A stretch of 64,000 bases of DNA, from positions 2,048,001-2,112,000 of the forward strand of contig CP170459.1 in NCBI GenBank assembly GCA_047947115.1. Direction: 5' to 3'. The stretch comes from Verrucomicrobiota bacterium. Its GTDB lineage: Bacteria > Verrucomicrobiota > Verrucomicrobiia > Limisphaerales > AAA164-E04. Made by a program: the position numbers and the translations under genes. This document shows positions 1-9,896 of the stretch, piece by piece. The first letter of the stretch is position 1; each line of letters opens with the position of its first letter. The notes beneath the pieces were generated by a model, which worked only from the letters and a program-made list of their open reading frames with translations, made no database searches and had not been told where the DNA came from.

Positions 1-532
1 TGCCTTTCGCCGCTTTTTTAATGGCGTAGTCAAGGTGGGCTTGTCGGGCCACAGCAAAGGAACCGTCCACTGTCAGAGTTTGATTTTCCAGATCCACGAT
101 TTCGATTTTGCCGGGTGCCTGAATGATGACCTGTCCGGTTCCTTCGACTTTTGTTTGGAAGAAACCTTCACCGCCGACCAACCCTGTGATGGCTTTGTTG
201 CGGAAAGCGCCCGTTTCCACCGAACCGTCCGAGCAGACGTAGGCCCCCTTGTCGAGAATCCAGGCTTCGTTGTTCAATTCGAGCGTGTGATATTCGCCGA
301 AAATGGGCGGGCCGAAAAAGATGTCTCCGGTTCCCTTGTAAGCTGGCTTGAACACGGATTCCTGTGTGACGAGTGACTTAAGGAATCCTGTCGCCGACGG
401 CATTTTGGTGGTGAGTTCAATGTCGCCCAACATGTAATGCAAAGCGCCTGCTTCGGCTCGGATGGTTTCGTTTTGAATGGTCGCTTTGACCATCTTGAGC
501 CCCTCTTTTTCGATGATTTGAAATGTTGCCAT
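1..532 (-). CDS. AIM24/DUF124 family protein (runs off window start; absent from ORF track)
   Basis: Manual translation from ATG at 532: MATFQIIEKEGLKMVKATIQNETIRAEAGALHYMLGDI...AWILDKGAYVCSD...GLVGGEGFFQTKVEGTG. AEAGA and GGEGFF are AIM24 motifs; no stop before base 1. Confidence 0.85.
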   Translation of the reverse strand, partial: MATFQIIEKEGLKMVKATIQNETIRAEAGALHYMLGDIELTTKMPSATGFLKSLVTQESVFKPAYKGTGDIFFGPPIFGEYHTLELNNEAWILDKGAYVCSDGSVETGAFRNKAITGLVGGEGFFQTKVEGTGQVIIQAPGKIEIVDLENQTLTVDGSFAVARQAHLDYAIKKAAKG

Positions 533-663
533 AACTTGATTGAATCAGTGTTGATAATGAGTTCGATCCCATCGTCTCAGACAGTTGGCCTGGATCAAAA
601 TATAAAATACGACCGTCTTTGTAAGCAGGGAAGGGTCAAGCCAAAAAATGGAAACCAACAATC

Positions 664-1160
664 GGAGGGGTAAGCTCCGTCTGACACCCACTTCAAACCT
701 TATGCTTATCGAACCCCGATCAAGGTACAATGGAAACGCCACAGGATAGCAAACACCCACGACTCCCCACGTTCCACGTCTCTTGCTCAGGAATAGTTTG
801 AGGTTTCAGTATGGGACTGGGCGGAGCCATTCCCTCCATTGTTATTGATAGGAGGGGTAAGCTCCGTCTTGCACCCACTTCAAACCTTATGTTTATCGAA
901 CCCCGATCAAGCTACAATGGAAACGCCACAGGATAGCAAACACCCACGACTTCCCACGTTTCACGTCCTTTGCTCAGGAATAGTTTGAGGTTCCAGTATG
1001 GGACTGGGTGGAGCCATTCCCTCCATTGTTATTGATAGGAGGGGTAAGCTCCGTCTTACACCCGCATCAAACTTCATAACGATGGAACCATTTTTACGCA
1101 GCAATGGAAACGCCACAGTCATTCGACTAAGCTCAGCCTCCCCGCATTCCATCTATTTTG
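664..1160. repeat. 187-bp tandem repeat (2 near-identical copies plus 1 diverged), REP/BIME-like
   Basis: GGAGGGGTAAGCTCCGTCT starts at 664, 851 and 1038. Each full unit ends in the imperfect inverted partner TGGGACTGGGYGGAGCCATTCCCTCC. Confidence 0.9.
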
Positions 1161-1259
1161 CTCACCCCCTCCATTGTTTGAAACATGAACTGTACCCAGT
1201 TGGGAAGCGGGCCTGCAAAGGATCTTGTCCCCAGGCTTGGTCTCTGCTACGGTCCGCGT

Positions 1260-2486
1260 ATGCGCTTTCGACGGCGATTGCGGATAATCGGATGGATGAT
1301 CCTGGGCTTGTGGATGTGCCTTTCCTCTGCCCGGGCGCAGATAGATCCTGTCGACAGGCAGATGTTCCAACTGGGATACAACCAACCTTTGCAGGGGCGC
1401 GGCCCGATTGCCGGATACGCCTTTTATTACCTCAACAAACCGACTGCATTCAATCGCACCAACCTAACCTTTCGTTTGGCCGTAGCGCCGGTTTTTTTGG
1501 ATTCACAACTGGGTATCAAGGATGTCCTTGGTCCCGATACTGATTTGGCTGTTGGATTGGAAGGGGGTGGTTTTGCGGATAGTTTCGCGGAGATGCGGCG
1601 AGGTCGCTTTGTGCGCGGTGAATCGTTTGTGGGACATGGCGGCGGGACATCCTTGAGTTTGTTCCATCGGTTTAATCCCGATAGCCGCATCCCGCTTAAC
1701 GCCATCTTGCGCGGTGGATTTCATTATGCCGCATACGGAAGGGAAGATCGAACAGATCCGACGTTTGAGCTCCCCGATGATTTGAAGAATTTTAGTTTGC
1801 GAACCGGACTGCGTTGGGGGGGGCGAGCTCCGGTATTGTTTCCAAAAGTGGCCATGGAACTGTCCATCTGGCACGAAACATTGTTGCGTGGATCCCCTTC
1901 TGACTATGGGTTTGGAAATGATCGCACCGTGAATGATCGCAGTCACCTTTTTTGGACACGGGGTTTGCTTTACTACACTTTGCCGGAGAAGGGGCATCAG
2001 TTCTCTTTCAGTGTGACATTGGGAACCAGCACCCGGGCTGATCGTCTGTCCGCATACCGGATGGGTGGTTTTCTACCATTGATCGCTGAGTTTCCGTTGA
2101 ACATTCCCGGGTATTATGCGCAGGAAATCACCGCAACCGATTTCGCCTTGTTGAACGGATTTTACTCCATTCCGCTGGACCACGACAAAAACTGGTTCCT
2201 GGCATTCATGGCGGGAAGCGCTGCGGTGGACTACCTGCCCGGCTTGCAGCAATCAGGTGACTGGCACACCGGGGTGGGGGGAGGCATTCGGTATCGATCT
2301 CCCAATCGTGCCTGGCAGATTGCCCTGGGATACGGATACGGATTCAACGCCATTCGCAAAAGCGGACGCGGAGCTCACAGTATCGGTATCCTGTTGCAGT
2401 ATGACTTTGATCTCGGGCAGCCATTGTTTGATCCCGGATTGCCCCCGAGTCAATGGAGGGGTTTTGACCGTTTGTTTGGCCGTTGA
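1260..2486 (+). CDS. Secreted, probable outer-membrane beta-barrel hypothetical protein
   Basis: Within the 433-aa ORF; signal peptide ending ARA-Q; aromatic/Gly alternating strands; last strand SIGILLQYDF. Start uncertain (1185, 1260 or 1296). Confidence 0.65.
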   Translation: MRFRRRLRIIGWMILGLWMCLSSARAQIDPVDRQMFQLGYNQPLQGRGPIAGYAFYYLNKPTAFNRTNLTFRLAVAPVFLDSQLGIKDVLGPDTDLAVGLEGGGFADSFAEMRRGRFVRGESFVGHGGGTSLSLFHRFNPDSRIPLNAILRGGFHYAAYGREDRTDPTFELPDDLKNFSLRTGLRWGGRAPVLFPKVAMELSIWHETLLRGSPSDYGFGNDRTVNDRSHLFWTRGLLYYTLPEKGHQFSFSVTLGTSTRADRLSAYRMGGFLPLIAEFPLNIPGYYAQEITATDFALLNGFYSIPLDHDKNWFLAFMAGSAAVDYLPGLQQSGDWHTGVGGGIRYRSPNRAWQIALGYGYGFNAIRKSGRGAHSIGILLQYDFDLGQPLFDPGLPPSQWRGFDRLFGR

Positions 2487-2737
2487 TGAGAGTTTTTTTA
2501 CAAGGATCAATCTTTTGCACAGAGCATTTATTTTTGTTTGCTTTGGAGAGGAAGTTCTTCAAGTTTATTAAAAAACCGGCCGGGAATGGACAGGCCCAGA
2601 GGATTATAGAAACAATGGACGCTGGCTCTGTGTATGTATGGGCTGTTCGGCTTCGAGGGGACTGTTGAAAAGGGGAGTTTGTCGAACGATGGGATTTACA
2701 AAAACAAATCACAACACAAAAACAGAAGGATAAGAAC

Positions 2738-3538
2738 ATGTCAGGAATGCATGAGGTGGATTACCAGATTTACGGAGCGGAAATGCAGTTTGTCGAAGTG
2801 GAACTCGATCCACAGGAGGCCGTGGTTGCCGAGGCGGGCGGTATGATGTACATGGACCAAAGCATCAAAATGGAAACCATCTTTGGTGATGGATCCGCGG
2901 AGAGGTCCGGATTCTTCGGCTCGCTGATGAGCGCTGGTAAACGCCTGCTCACCGGTGAATCGCTTTTCATGACCGTTTTCTCCAACCAAGGCATGGGCAA
3001 GGAACGCGTTGCCTTCGGTTCACCCTACCCGGGAAAAATTATCCCCATGCACCTTTCCGAAATGGGAGGAGAAATCATTTGTCAAAAGGATGCCTTCCTC
3101 TGTGCCGCAAAAGGCGTCAGCATCGGCATCGCTTTCCAAAAGAAGATAGGGCTCGGTCTGTTCGGTGGTGAAGGCTTCATCATGCAGCGTCTGCAGGGCG
3201 ACGGATGGTCATTCATCCACGCAGGCGGCACTCTCTACGAACGTGAATTGGCTCCGGGTGAAACCTTGCGTGTCGATACCGGGTGTGTTGTGGCCTATCA
3301 ACCCGGTGTGGATTTCGATATTCAATACGTCGGCAATATCAAGTCCGCCGTCTTTGGGGGTGAAGGTTTGTTCTTTGCCACACTCCGTGGCCCCGGTCGC
3401 GTGTGGCTCCAATCACTGCCGTTCAGTCGACTCGCAGGGCGTGTCCTCGCCTACGCGCCTCAAGCCGGTGGCAAATCGCGCGGTGAAGGTTCGATATTGG
3501 GTGGCATTGGTGGTTTGCTGGATGGAGATAATAGTTAA
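2738..3538 (+). CDS. AIM24/TIGR00266 family protein
   Basis: [52 protein letters not shown]. Confidence 0.95.
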   Translation: MSGMHEVDYQIYGAEMQFVEVELDPQEAVVAEAGGMMYMDQSIKMETIFGDGSAERSGFFGSLMSAGKRLLTGESLFMTVFSNQGMGKERVAFGSPYPGKIIPMHLSEMGGEIICQKDAFLCAAKGVSIGIAFQKKIGLGLFGGEGFIMQRLQGDGWSFIHAGGTLYERELAPGETLRVDTGCVVAYQPGVDFDIQYVGNIKSAVFGGEGLFFATLRGPGRVWLQSLPFSRLAGRVLAYAPQAGGKSRGEGSILGGIGGLLDGDNS

Positions 3539-3539
3539 G

Positions 3540-3942
3540 CTACATCCTGCTGCATTTGGTTGGGGTTTTGGGCGCTTGTATCAAATAGGCGTTTTGGAAT
3601 TGCACTGCGATTTTGCGCAATGCCTTGTCGCGTGTCCAAAGAGGATAATCGTGTAAGATGCTCGACGTGAGGAGGTGTGCGTCTGTCCACCCGAGCCCCA
3701 GTCCAAACAGACTCCTTTGTTCTATCAATTCAAATACATCGCGATGATTGGCAGCAGGGACTGTTGGAAGGTTTTTTAACAGACTAAGTGTTGCCTTGCG
3801 CTTTTGGATGTTGCCACAGGAAAGCTCCCCAATGACGAAGGGGTGGGTGACGACTCTATCCTCTTCCAGTGATGTCGCCAAAAGGGCGTCTCCTTTCTGA
3901 AGGTGGTCCTGTCCACAAGGAAGTACCGACCAATGCATCCAT
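3540..3942 (-). pseudogene. vapC: VapC/PIN-domain toxin, frameshifted near the 5' end
   Basis: PIN motifs HPFVIGELSCG, GLGWTDAHLL, LWTRDKAL. The N-terminal MDALVGTSLW (cf. LVDTSVW) is in a different frame from DHLQKG. Confidence 0.75.
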
Positions 3943-4138
3943 TATACAGATTGACGCCTCTTCTGTCCCTTGTGACGTGCATGTTCAAAGATGCCATCCA
4001 AAGGGAAGTCCAGACGTGTTCGAGCCACAAATCGCTTTATACTGCTTCGGTAAACTATAATGAATCATGACAAGAGCAGGCCTCCCGAAACGAAAGGGAT
4101 TTCGAACGCCATAAGGGATGCGTCAGGGACGACAAGTC

Positions 4139-4225
4139 TCTACCTGGGCGAATGCCAGGTAGATCGGATTGACATCTGGAAATCTTAAACAACAATAAAA
4201 AAATACTGAAAAACAATAAAAAATA
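4139..4225 (+). promoter_or_regulatory. Hairpin, TTGACA and direct-repeat operator candidate upstream of the Xre regulator
   Basis: TCTACCTGG-N7-CCAGGTAGA at 4139-4163; TTGACA at 4169; AACAATAAAAAA at 4191 and 4212 (21-bp spacing). Confidence 0.45.
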
Positions 4226-4261
4226 ATTGAAATACAGTTAAGTTTAAGGTTTTGTTGCCTG

Positions 4262-4546
4262 GTGTCTATTGAGCTTAAACTAGATGTGGTGATGGCGGAT
4301 CGGAAGGTTCGGTTGAAGGATTTGGCTGAAAAAGTGGGGATCACTTTGGCCAATCTGTCGAATCTCAAGAACGGCAAAGCCAAAGCCATCCGGTTCAGTA
4401 CTCTGAACGCCATCTGCCATCATCTTGCATGCGAACCGGGCGACCTGATCCGCTTCAATCCTGATCCTGAAGCCCAGGAACAGTTGACTGACGAACACAC
4501 TTTTGCCGCCCCTGATATCTCCCTGCCACCTGATTTCCTGGATTGA
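4262..4546 (+). CDS. Xre/Cro-C1 HTH transcriptional regulator (YozG-like)
   Basis: LAEKVGITLANLSNLKNGKAKAIRFSTLNAICHHLACEPGDL. Confidence 0.92.
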   Translation: MSIELKLDVVMADRKVRLKDLAEKVGITLANLSNLKNGKAKAIRFSTLNAICHHLACEPGDLIRFNPDPEAQEQLTDEHTFAAPDISLPPDFLD

Positions 4547-4580
4547 GTTTATTTAGACAGTCGGCGCATTCGCGGGAGAT

Positions 4581-4740
4581 ACGGGATGAACAGGATATGC
4601 AGGATGAGAAAATGGTTAGGGCAATTTGGGGCAGCAGGCTTCCCATTGGATGGTGTTGGGGATCGGATGTCACAAGGGGCGGGCCGAGAATGACCCGATC
4701 TACCTAAATAATCCATCCTATCAATCCTGTTCATCCTGTC
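4581..4740. repeat. Intergenic inverted repeat built from CAGGAT-type units (REP-like)
   Basis: ACGGGATGAACAGGATATGCAGGATG (4581-4606) versus the reverse complement of CATCCTATCAATCCTGTTCATCCTGT (4714-4739). Confidence 0.6.
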
Positions 4741-4816
4741 TAAAAAAACAAAACGCTCAATTCCTCAGGCCACAAGCGAGCTTGCAAACCACGGCAAACT
4801 GACTTTAGATGCTGTC

Positions 4817-6589
4817 ATGTCCACAACCCGTCGCTTAATGAGTGTCATCTATTCCTGTATGATAGCGGTTCTGCTGGTAAGTGCCTTCCATTTACCGACG
4901 AATGCCCAAGACAACAGTCTACCTGACACCTGGCGCGCCCAAAAGCGTCTGATCGATCTGCACCAGCACATCAACTCCACGGAAGAGCACCTGAGTCGGG
5001 CCGTTCGCATCATGGACCGTGCAGGTGTTGGCATTGGAGTCAACCTCAGCGGCGGCTATGTGACTCATAAAGAAGGAGAACCGTCCGCATTGGAAACGAC
5101 CAAAACACTTGCCGATAAACTGTTTCCGGGCAGGTTTGTTCAATACATGAATCTCGATTACAAGGACTGGGATGAACCAGACTTTTCAGAACGCGCCGTC
5201 AAACAGATCGAAGACGGCCATCGACTGGGGGCTGCCGGACTGAAGGAATATAAGCGATTGGGACTCTATTTACGCGATGGAGCAGGGGAATTGATCAAAA
5301 TTGACGATCCCAAACTAGACCCCGTTTGGGAAAAATGTGGGGAACTGGGCATGCCTGTTTCCATCCATGTGGCCGATCCGGTCGCCTTTTGGCTCCCATA
5401 CAACCAGCGAAACGAACGCTGGACCGAGCTGAAAGACCATAAAAGCTGGTGGTTTGGGGATCCCAACATCTTTCCCCCTCACAAGGATCTGCTCGCTGCC
5501 TTGGAACGTGTCATCACCCGACATCCTAAGACCACCTTTGTTTGTGTTCATTTTGCCAATAACCCGGAAGATCTGGACTGGGTTGAAACACAACTCGACA
5601 AGCATCCCAACATGATGGCCGACCTGGCCGCGCGCATCCCTGAAATCGGGCGCAAAGATCCGGAACGGGTGCGTCGCCTCTTTGTGAAACATCAGGGTCG
5701 CATCCTGTTCGCCACCGATTTTCAGGTTTACAACCGATTGACCCTGGGTTCCGGAGGCAGCGGCCCGGCTCCGACGGATGACGATGCCCAATCGTTTTTC
5801 GAGAAGCATTGGCGCTGGCTGGAGACCAATGATCAAGATTTCGAGCACATGACCCCGATTCAGGGCGACTGGACCATCAGCGGAATAAATCTTCCCCATG
5901 ACGTCCTACGCAAGATCTATTTCGACAATGCCCGAAAACTATTGGCCGCAGGCTTGCCCAAACGGGAAATCGTTGCGGTTTCGATTGCGCAGGATTTCGA
6001 AGTGACCGGCGATCTGTCGCACTCTTCCTGGCAGAAAGCAACTCCTACCTACCTTGAGCAAACTTCGCTTGATGGAACGGTTCGGCCCGAATCGAGCACA
6101 GAAATCAGAGCCCTCTGGACCGAGGAGTTTCTCTACATTGGATACAAGGCTTCCTTTGAAACATTGAATACCTTTCAGCCGCCCAACCTCACCGGCGAGC
6201 GGATTGGTCTATGGGAAAAGGATGTGGTAGAGGTGTTTATTGGCTCCCAACCGGATAAAATCAATCGCTACAAAGAATTTCAGGTATCACCGACCGGCGA
6301 ACGACTGGATCTCTCGCTCGAGTTGCCCGACCGTGACTTTGAATGGTTCAGCGAATGGGAAACAGCCGTTCACATCGATAAAGATGCTCACATTTGGTCC
6401 ACAGCCATGAAAATTCCCATGAGATCCATTGCTGACACCGGTTCAAATTCACATCCCGGCAAAGGAGACCGATGGCCGGTGAATTTCTATAGAATGGACA
6501 CGCCGCGCAAGGGATTTCTGGCTTGGAACCCGACCATGCACGGTTCTTTTCATCGCCCTGAACGCTTCGGTTGGATGAGATTTGAGTAA
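4817..6589 (+). CDS. Secreted amidohydrolase (Amidohydro_2) fused to a C-terminal CBM9-like domain
   Basis: Signal peptide; IDLHQH, PVSIHVADP, ILFATD; C-terminal EIRALW, LWEKDVVEVFI, WPVNFYR, FHRPERFG. Confidence 0.85.
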   Translation: MSTTRRLMSVIYSCMIAVLLVSAFHLPTNAQDNSLPDTWRAQKRLIDLHQHINSTEEHLSRAVRIMDRAGVGIGVNLSGGYVTHKEGEPSALETTKTLADKLFPGRFVQYMNLDYKDWDEPDFSERAVKQIEDGHRLGAAGLKEYKRLGLYLRDGAGELIKIDDPKLDPVWEKCGELGMPVSIHVADPVAFWLPYNQRNERWTELKDHKSWWFGDPNIFPPHKDLLAALERVITRHPKTTFVCVHFANNPEDLDWVETQLDKHPNMMADLAARIPEIGRKDPERVRRLFVKHQGRILFATDFQVYNRLTLGSGGSGPAPTDDDAQSFFEKHWRWLETNDQDFEHMTPIQGDWTISGINLPHDVLRKIYFDNARKLLAAGLPKREIVAVSIAQDFEVTGDLSHSSWQKATPTYLEQTSLDGTVRPESSTEIRALWTEEFLYIGYKASFETLNTFQPPNLTGERIGLWEKDVVEVFIGSQPDKINRYKEFQVSPTGERLDLSLELPDRDFEWFSEWETAVHIDKDAHIWSTAMKIPMRSIADTGSNSHPGKGDRWPVNFYRMDTPRKGFLAWNPTMHGSFHRPERFGWMRFE

Positions 6590-6734
6590 TAAAGCTTGAT
6601 CCCATCCCCGAGCTGCCCCTTAATGAGGCCGCCAGGGCCCATGGATTGTGGACTTACGAACCCCGCCAGGGCAGGAATGCAGCAACGGTAGTTTGCTCTG
6701 CATATGCCGTGGTCGCCCTGGTATTTTCCTCCCT

Positions 6735-7063
6735 TTTTTGAGCGTAGCCGCCTTCGCAAGAAGGTGGTCAAGTGTGTCTATATATTCCCAAAAATCCTTT
6801 GAACCCCTTTGGAAATCCACGCTTTTGGAAGCGCGGCTACGTAGCCGCCTTTGCGAAAAGGTGGAGGAGCGCATTCGAATGGGTCGGTAGGGTCCTCTGG
6901 TGTTGGGGTGATTCTGCCACGCTTTTGGAAGCGCGGCTACGTAGCCGCCTTTGCAAAAAGGTGGAGGAGCGCATTCGAATGGGCCGGTAGGGTCCTCTGG
7001 TGTTGGGTGATTCTGCCACGCTTTTGGAAGCGCGGCTAGGTAGCCGCCTTTGCAAAAAGGTGG
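6735..7063. repeat. ~100-bp tandem REP-like array with a perfect palindromic core
   Basis: CCACGCTTTTGGAAGCGCGGCTA at 6817, 6917 and 7016; core GCGGCTACGTAGCCGC; partial copy near 6735-6767. Confidence 0.9.
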
Positions 7064-7122
7064 TTTCCGTGAATGTCCAGATTGTGCTTGGCCAGGAGTG
7101 GATTGTAGGAGATACAGGGTTG

Positions 7123-9768
7123 ATGCTTCGTGTTTTTCTCTGTTGGTTGTGCTTGGTTTCGAGTCTGGCTTGCTTTGCTGAGCCACGGGTTCTTCATGTT
7201 CAGTGGCTTGCCAATGGTTTGCTTGAGCTTGAAGTTCGGGTGGACGACCTTTCAGAAGATCCTGTTTTTGCTGTGGTATGGAGTCAGGATTTGGCAGCGC
7301 CCTTGGCTTCCTGGGAACAATCGGACATTCAAGGACAACAGCTTTCCGATGACGGTTTATGGTTGGTCCAGGTCGAGGCATTTGGTTCGGGGCAGGCGTT
7401 TTATCGGATCATCCAGACAGATGGTCTGACGACTTCTTCTCCCATCGTTCTCTCTGAAATCTGCTCTTCCAATGCCGCGATTTTGATGGATGAAGACGGC
7501 GATTACTCGGATTGGATCGAGCTTTGGAACGGTGGTGATTCTATCGTTTCCTTAAATGGTTGGTCGTTATCCGACAGGGTCGATCCGCAGGATGCCTGGT
7601 TGTTTCCCGATGTCACCTTGGAGCCGAAGGAATACCTGCTGATTTTCGCATCAGGTAAGGATCGCCGTTTGGTGATTGATTCATTACACACATCTTTCAG
7701 GATCAATGCAGATGGTGAACCGGTTGTATTGCGTGATGCCGAAGGCAGGTTGGTGGATGCGGTTCGGTTGGGGGCGCTTGAGCAGGATGCCAGCCTGGGG
7801 CGTTCGGGCATGGATGGTTCTCAGTGGTTGGTGTTCGATGGGGATGCGGTCACTCCCGGAACATTGAATCGGGATGCGGGGGTTCTATTTGTTGAGCAAC
7901 CGGAACCCAGCTTGCAGCCGGGATTTTACGATCGTTCGATGACCTTGAATTTCGGAACCTTAATGGCGGGATTGACCGTATATTATACGGTGAACGGAGA
8001 TGATCCGTTGGACAATGGAGTGGAATTCGAAATTCCACTGAAGTTGGAGCAGACATCCGTAGTGCGAGCGGTGGCTGTGAATGCCCATGGCGATCGGAGC
8101 GAGGAGATGACGGGAACATACTTTATCGGGGATCGCCCCACTTTGGCGGTTGTTTCTCTGGCGGCCCCGGCGAGTCATTTTGAGATCCGGGACGGGTATC
8201 TTTACGGATTTGGAGAACACATGTTCGGGCGAAGAGGGACTGTGACCGCCAATTTTCCTTATTCGGCTTCCAACGCATGGAAGGACCGCGAAGTTCCGAT
8301 TTCTTTTGAGTTGTTCGAACCGGATGGGACTCGCGGTTTTCAGCAGGAGCTTGGAATTAAAGTCTTTGGCGGATGGGGATCGCGTGGATATCCCCAGAAA
8401 TCCCTGGCATTCTTCGCAAGAGCCGAATACGGGAAAGGAAAAGTGCGTTATCCGTTGTTTCCGGATTCGGATATCGATGCTTTCGAGTCTTTTGTTTTGC
8501 GCAATTCCGGCAATGATAATCAGAGCACACATCACATTCCACCCCGATCCGAGATTACTGCTTTTGGTCGACCGCAATCGAATGGAAGTTACTTTGTAAA
8601 TGGTAACTATACCTTGATGCGTGACGCCATGATGCAACGACTTGCCGCCAATTTACAGGTGGATCGACAGGCATATCGTCCGGTGATTGTTTACCTGAAC
8701 GGCGAGTATTGGGGGATTTACAATCTACGTGAAAAGTTGAATGAGCATTACGTGGCATCGCATTATGACCTGGAAGCGAATGAGATTGATTTGATTGAGG
8801 GTTATGGAACGGCCAATAGCGGAAGTTCCAGCCAGTACAGCGCGATGCGAAATTACATGGAAAGCTTGTCGCTGGCATCCGAGGATCGATATGCTCGGGT
8901 GGTTGACAACTATCTGGATGTCCAGAGTTTCACGGACTATCACCTGGCAGTCATCTATTTTCAAAACTTTGATATCGGCAACATCAAACAATGGCGTGCC
9001 CGGCGCGGGGGGAAGTTTCGCTGGATGCTCTATGATCAGGACTACGGATTCAACCTATGGAAACGGGAGGTATATCTGCCTGCCATGCGGCGTGATTTCG
9101 CGGATTACGACAACATGTTTGATTTCCACACCAACGCATCCGGTAACGGCACAGGATGGCCCAACTCAGGTGGGCGGACCATGATGCTGCGTAAGATGCT
9201 TGAGAATGATGGTTTTCGCACTCAGTTCATTAATCGTTGTGCTGATTTGTTGAATACCGATTTTGAAAGTGAAAGGGTTGTCGGTGTCATCGAAGAAATG
9301 GCAGCCGTCATCCGGCCGGAAATCCCTCGTCATTTGGCAAGGTGGAGTTGGGGGGCGTTGCTTGAACGCAACCACGGATCGCCCTTTGATGAAGAAGACG
9401 AGCCTCTGTCCATTGAACAGTGGGAATCCCATGTTCAGGGTTTGAAAGAATTTGCACGGGAACGTCCCGAAAAACTGCGTCACGATCTTATGTCGCATTT
9501 CGGTATGACCTCGGGCATATACCGCTTGCAAGTTCAAGTCGAGCCACCTGAGGCTGGGGTGGTTCATATTAACTCCACAACGCATCACGAGCTTCCATTA
9601 TCTGAGGGTATTTACTTCAGTGATGTTCCGATAGGATGTGTGGCTGAGGCTTCCGATGGGTATCGGTTTAAGGAATGGGCTCCGTCAGGCCAGACGACAG
9701 AGCTGATCCAGTTGCACCACCCGGAAGTAGCACTCGTTCAGCTCAAAGCCATCTTCACTCCTCAATAA
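7123..9768 (+). CDS. CotH kinase family protein with lamin-tail (LTD) and Fn3-associated/chitobiase-like domains
   Basis: DEDGDYSDWIELWN (LTD), YYTVNGDDP, YLNGEYWGIYNLREK, WMLYDQDYG. ATG 7123 precedes a signal peptide; the track start (7000) lies inside the repeat. Confidence 0.88.
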   Translation: MLRVFLCWLCLVSSLACFAEPRVLHVQWLANGLLELEVRVDDLSEDPVFAVVWSQDLAAPLASWEQSDIQGQQLSDDGLWLVQVEAFGSGQAFYRIIQTDGLTTSSPIVLSEICSSNAAILMDEDGDYSDWIELWNGGDSIVSLNGWSLSDRVDPQDAWLFPDVTLEPKEYLLIFASGKDRRLVIDSLHTSFRINADGEPVVLRDAEGRLVDAVRLGALEQDASLGRSGMDGSQWLVFDGDAVTPGTLNRDAGVLFVEQPEPSLQPGFYDRSMTLNFGTLMAGLTVYYTVNGDDPLDNGVEFEIPLKLEQTSVVRAVAVNAHGDRSEEMTGTYFIGDRPTLAVVSLAAPASHFEIRDGYLYGFGEHMFGRRGTVTANFPYSASNAWKDREVPISFELFEPDGTRGFQQELGIKVFGGWGSRGYPQKSLAFFARAEYGKGKVRYPLFPDSDIDAFESFVLRNSGNDNQSTHHIPPRSEITAFGRPQSNGSYFVNGNYTLMRDAMMQRLAANLQVDRQAYRPVIVYLNGEYWGIYNLREKLNEHYVASHYDLEANEIDLIEGYGTANSGSSSQYSAMRNYMESLSLASEDRYARVVDNYLDVQSFTDYHLAVIYFQNFDIGNIKQWRARRGGKFRWMLYDQDYGFNLWKREVYLPAMRRDFADYDNMFDFHTNASGNGTGWPNSGGRTMMLRKMLENDGFRTQFINRCADLLNTDFESERVVGVIEEMAAVIRPEIPRHLARWSWGALLERNHGSPFDEEDEPLSIEQWESHVQGLKEFARERPEKLRHDLMSHFGMTSGIYRLQVQVEPPEAGVVHINSTTHHELPLSEGIYFSDVPIGCVAEASDGYRFKEWAPSGQTTELIQLHHPEVALVQLKAIFTPQ

Positions 9769-9896
9769 ACCAATGTGGTCACTCTGATGGATCATATAAA
9801 GCCTGGGATCAGAAATGTGTAGCGGGTTTTCGTGTGGTAAAGTTTTAAAACGTCCTGGCTTATTGTTTGCACTCGGCATGAACATGGTCTAACTAT

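Noticed and set aside
664..7063. CRISPR interpretation of the two tandem arrays
   Set aside because: Inter-repeat sequences are near-identical rather than unique spacers, units are 100 and 187 bp, and no cas genes are present.
6620..7381. 253-aa minus-strand ORF and overlapping short ORFs
   Set aside because: They are translations of the DNA repeat and of the cotH antisense strand.
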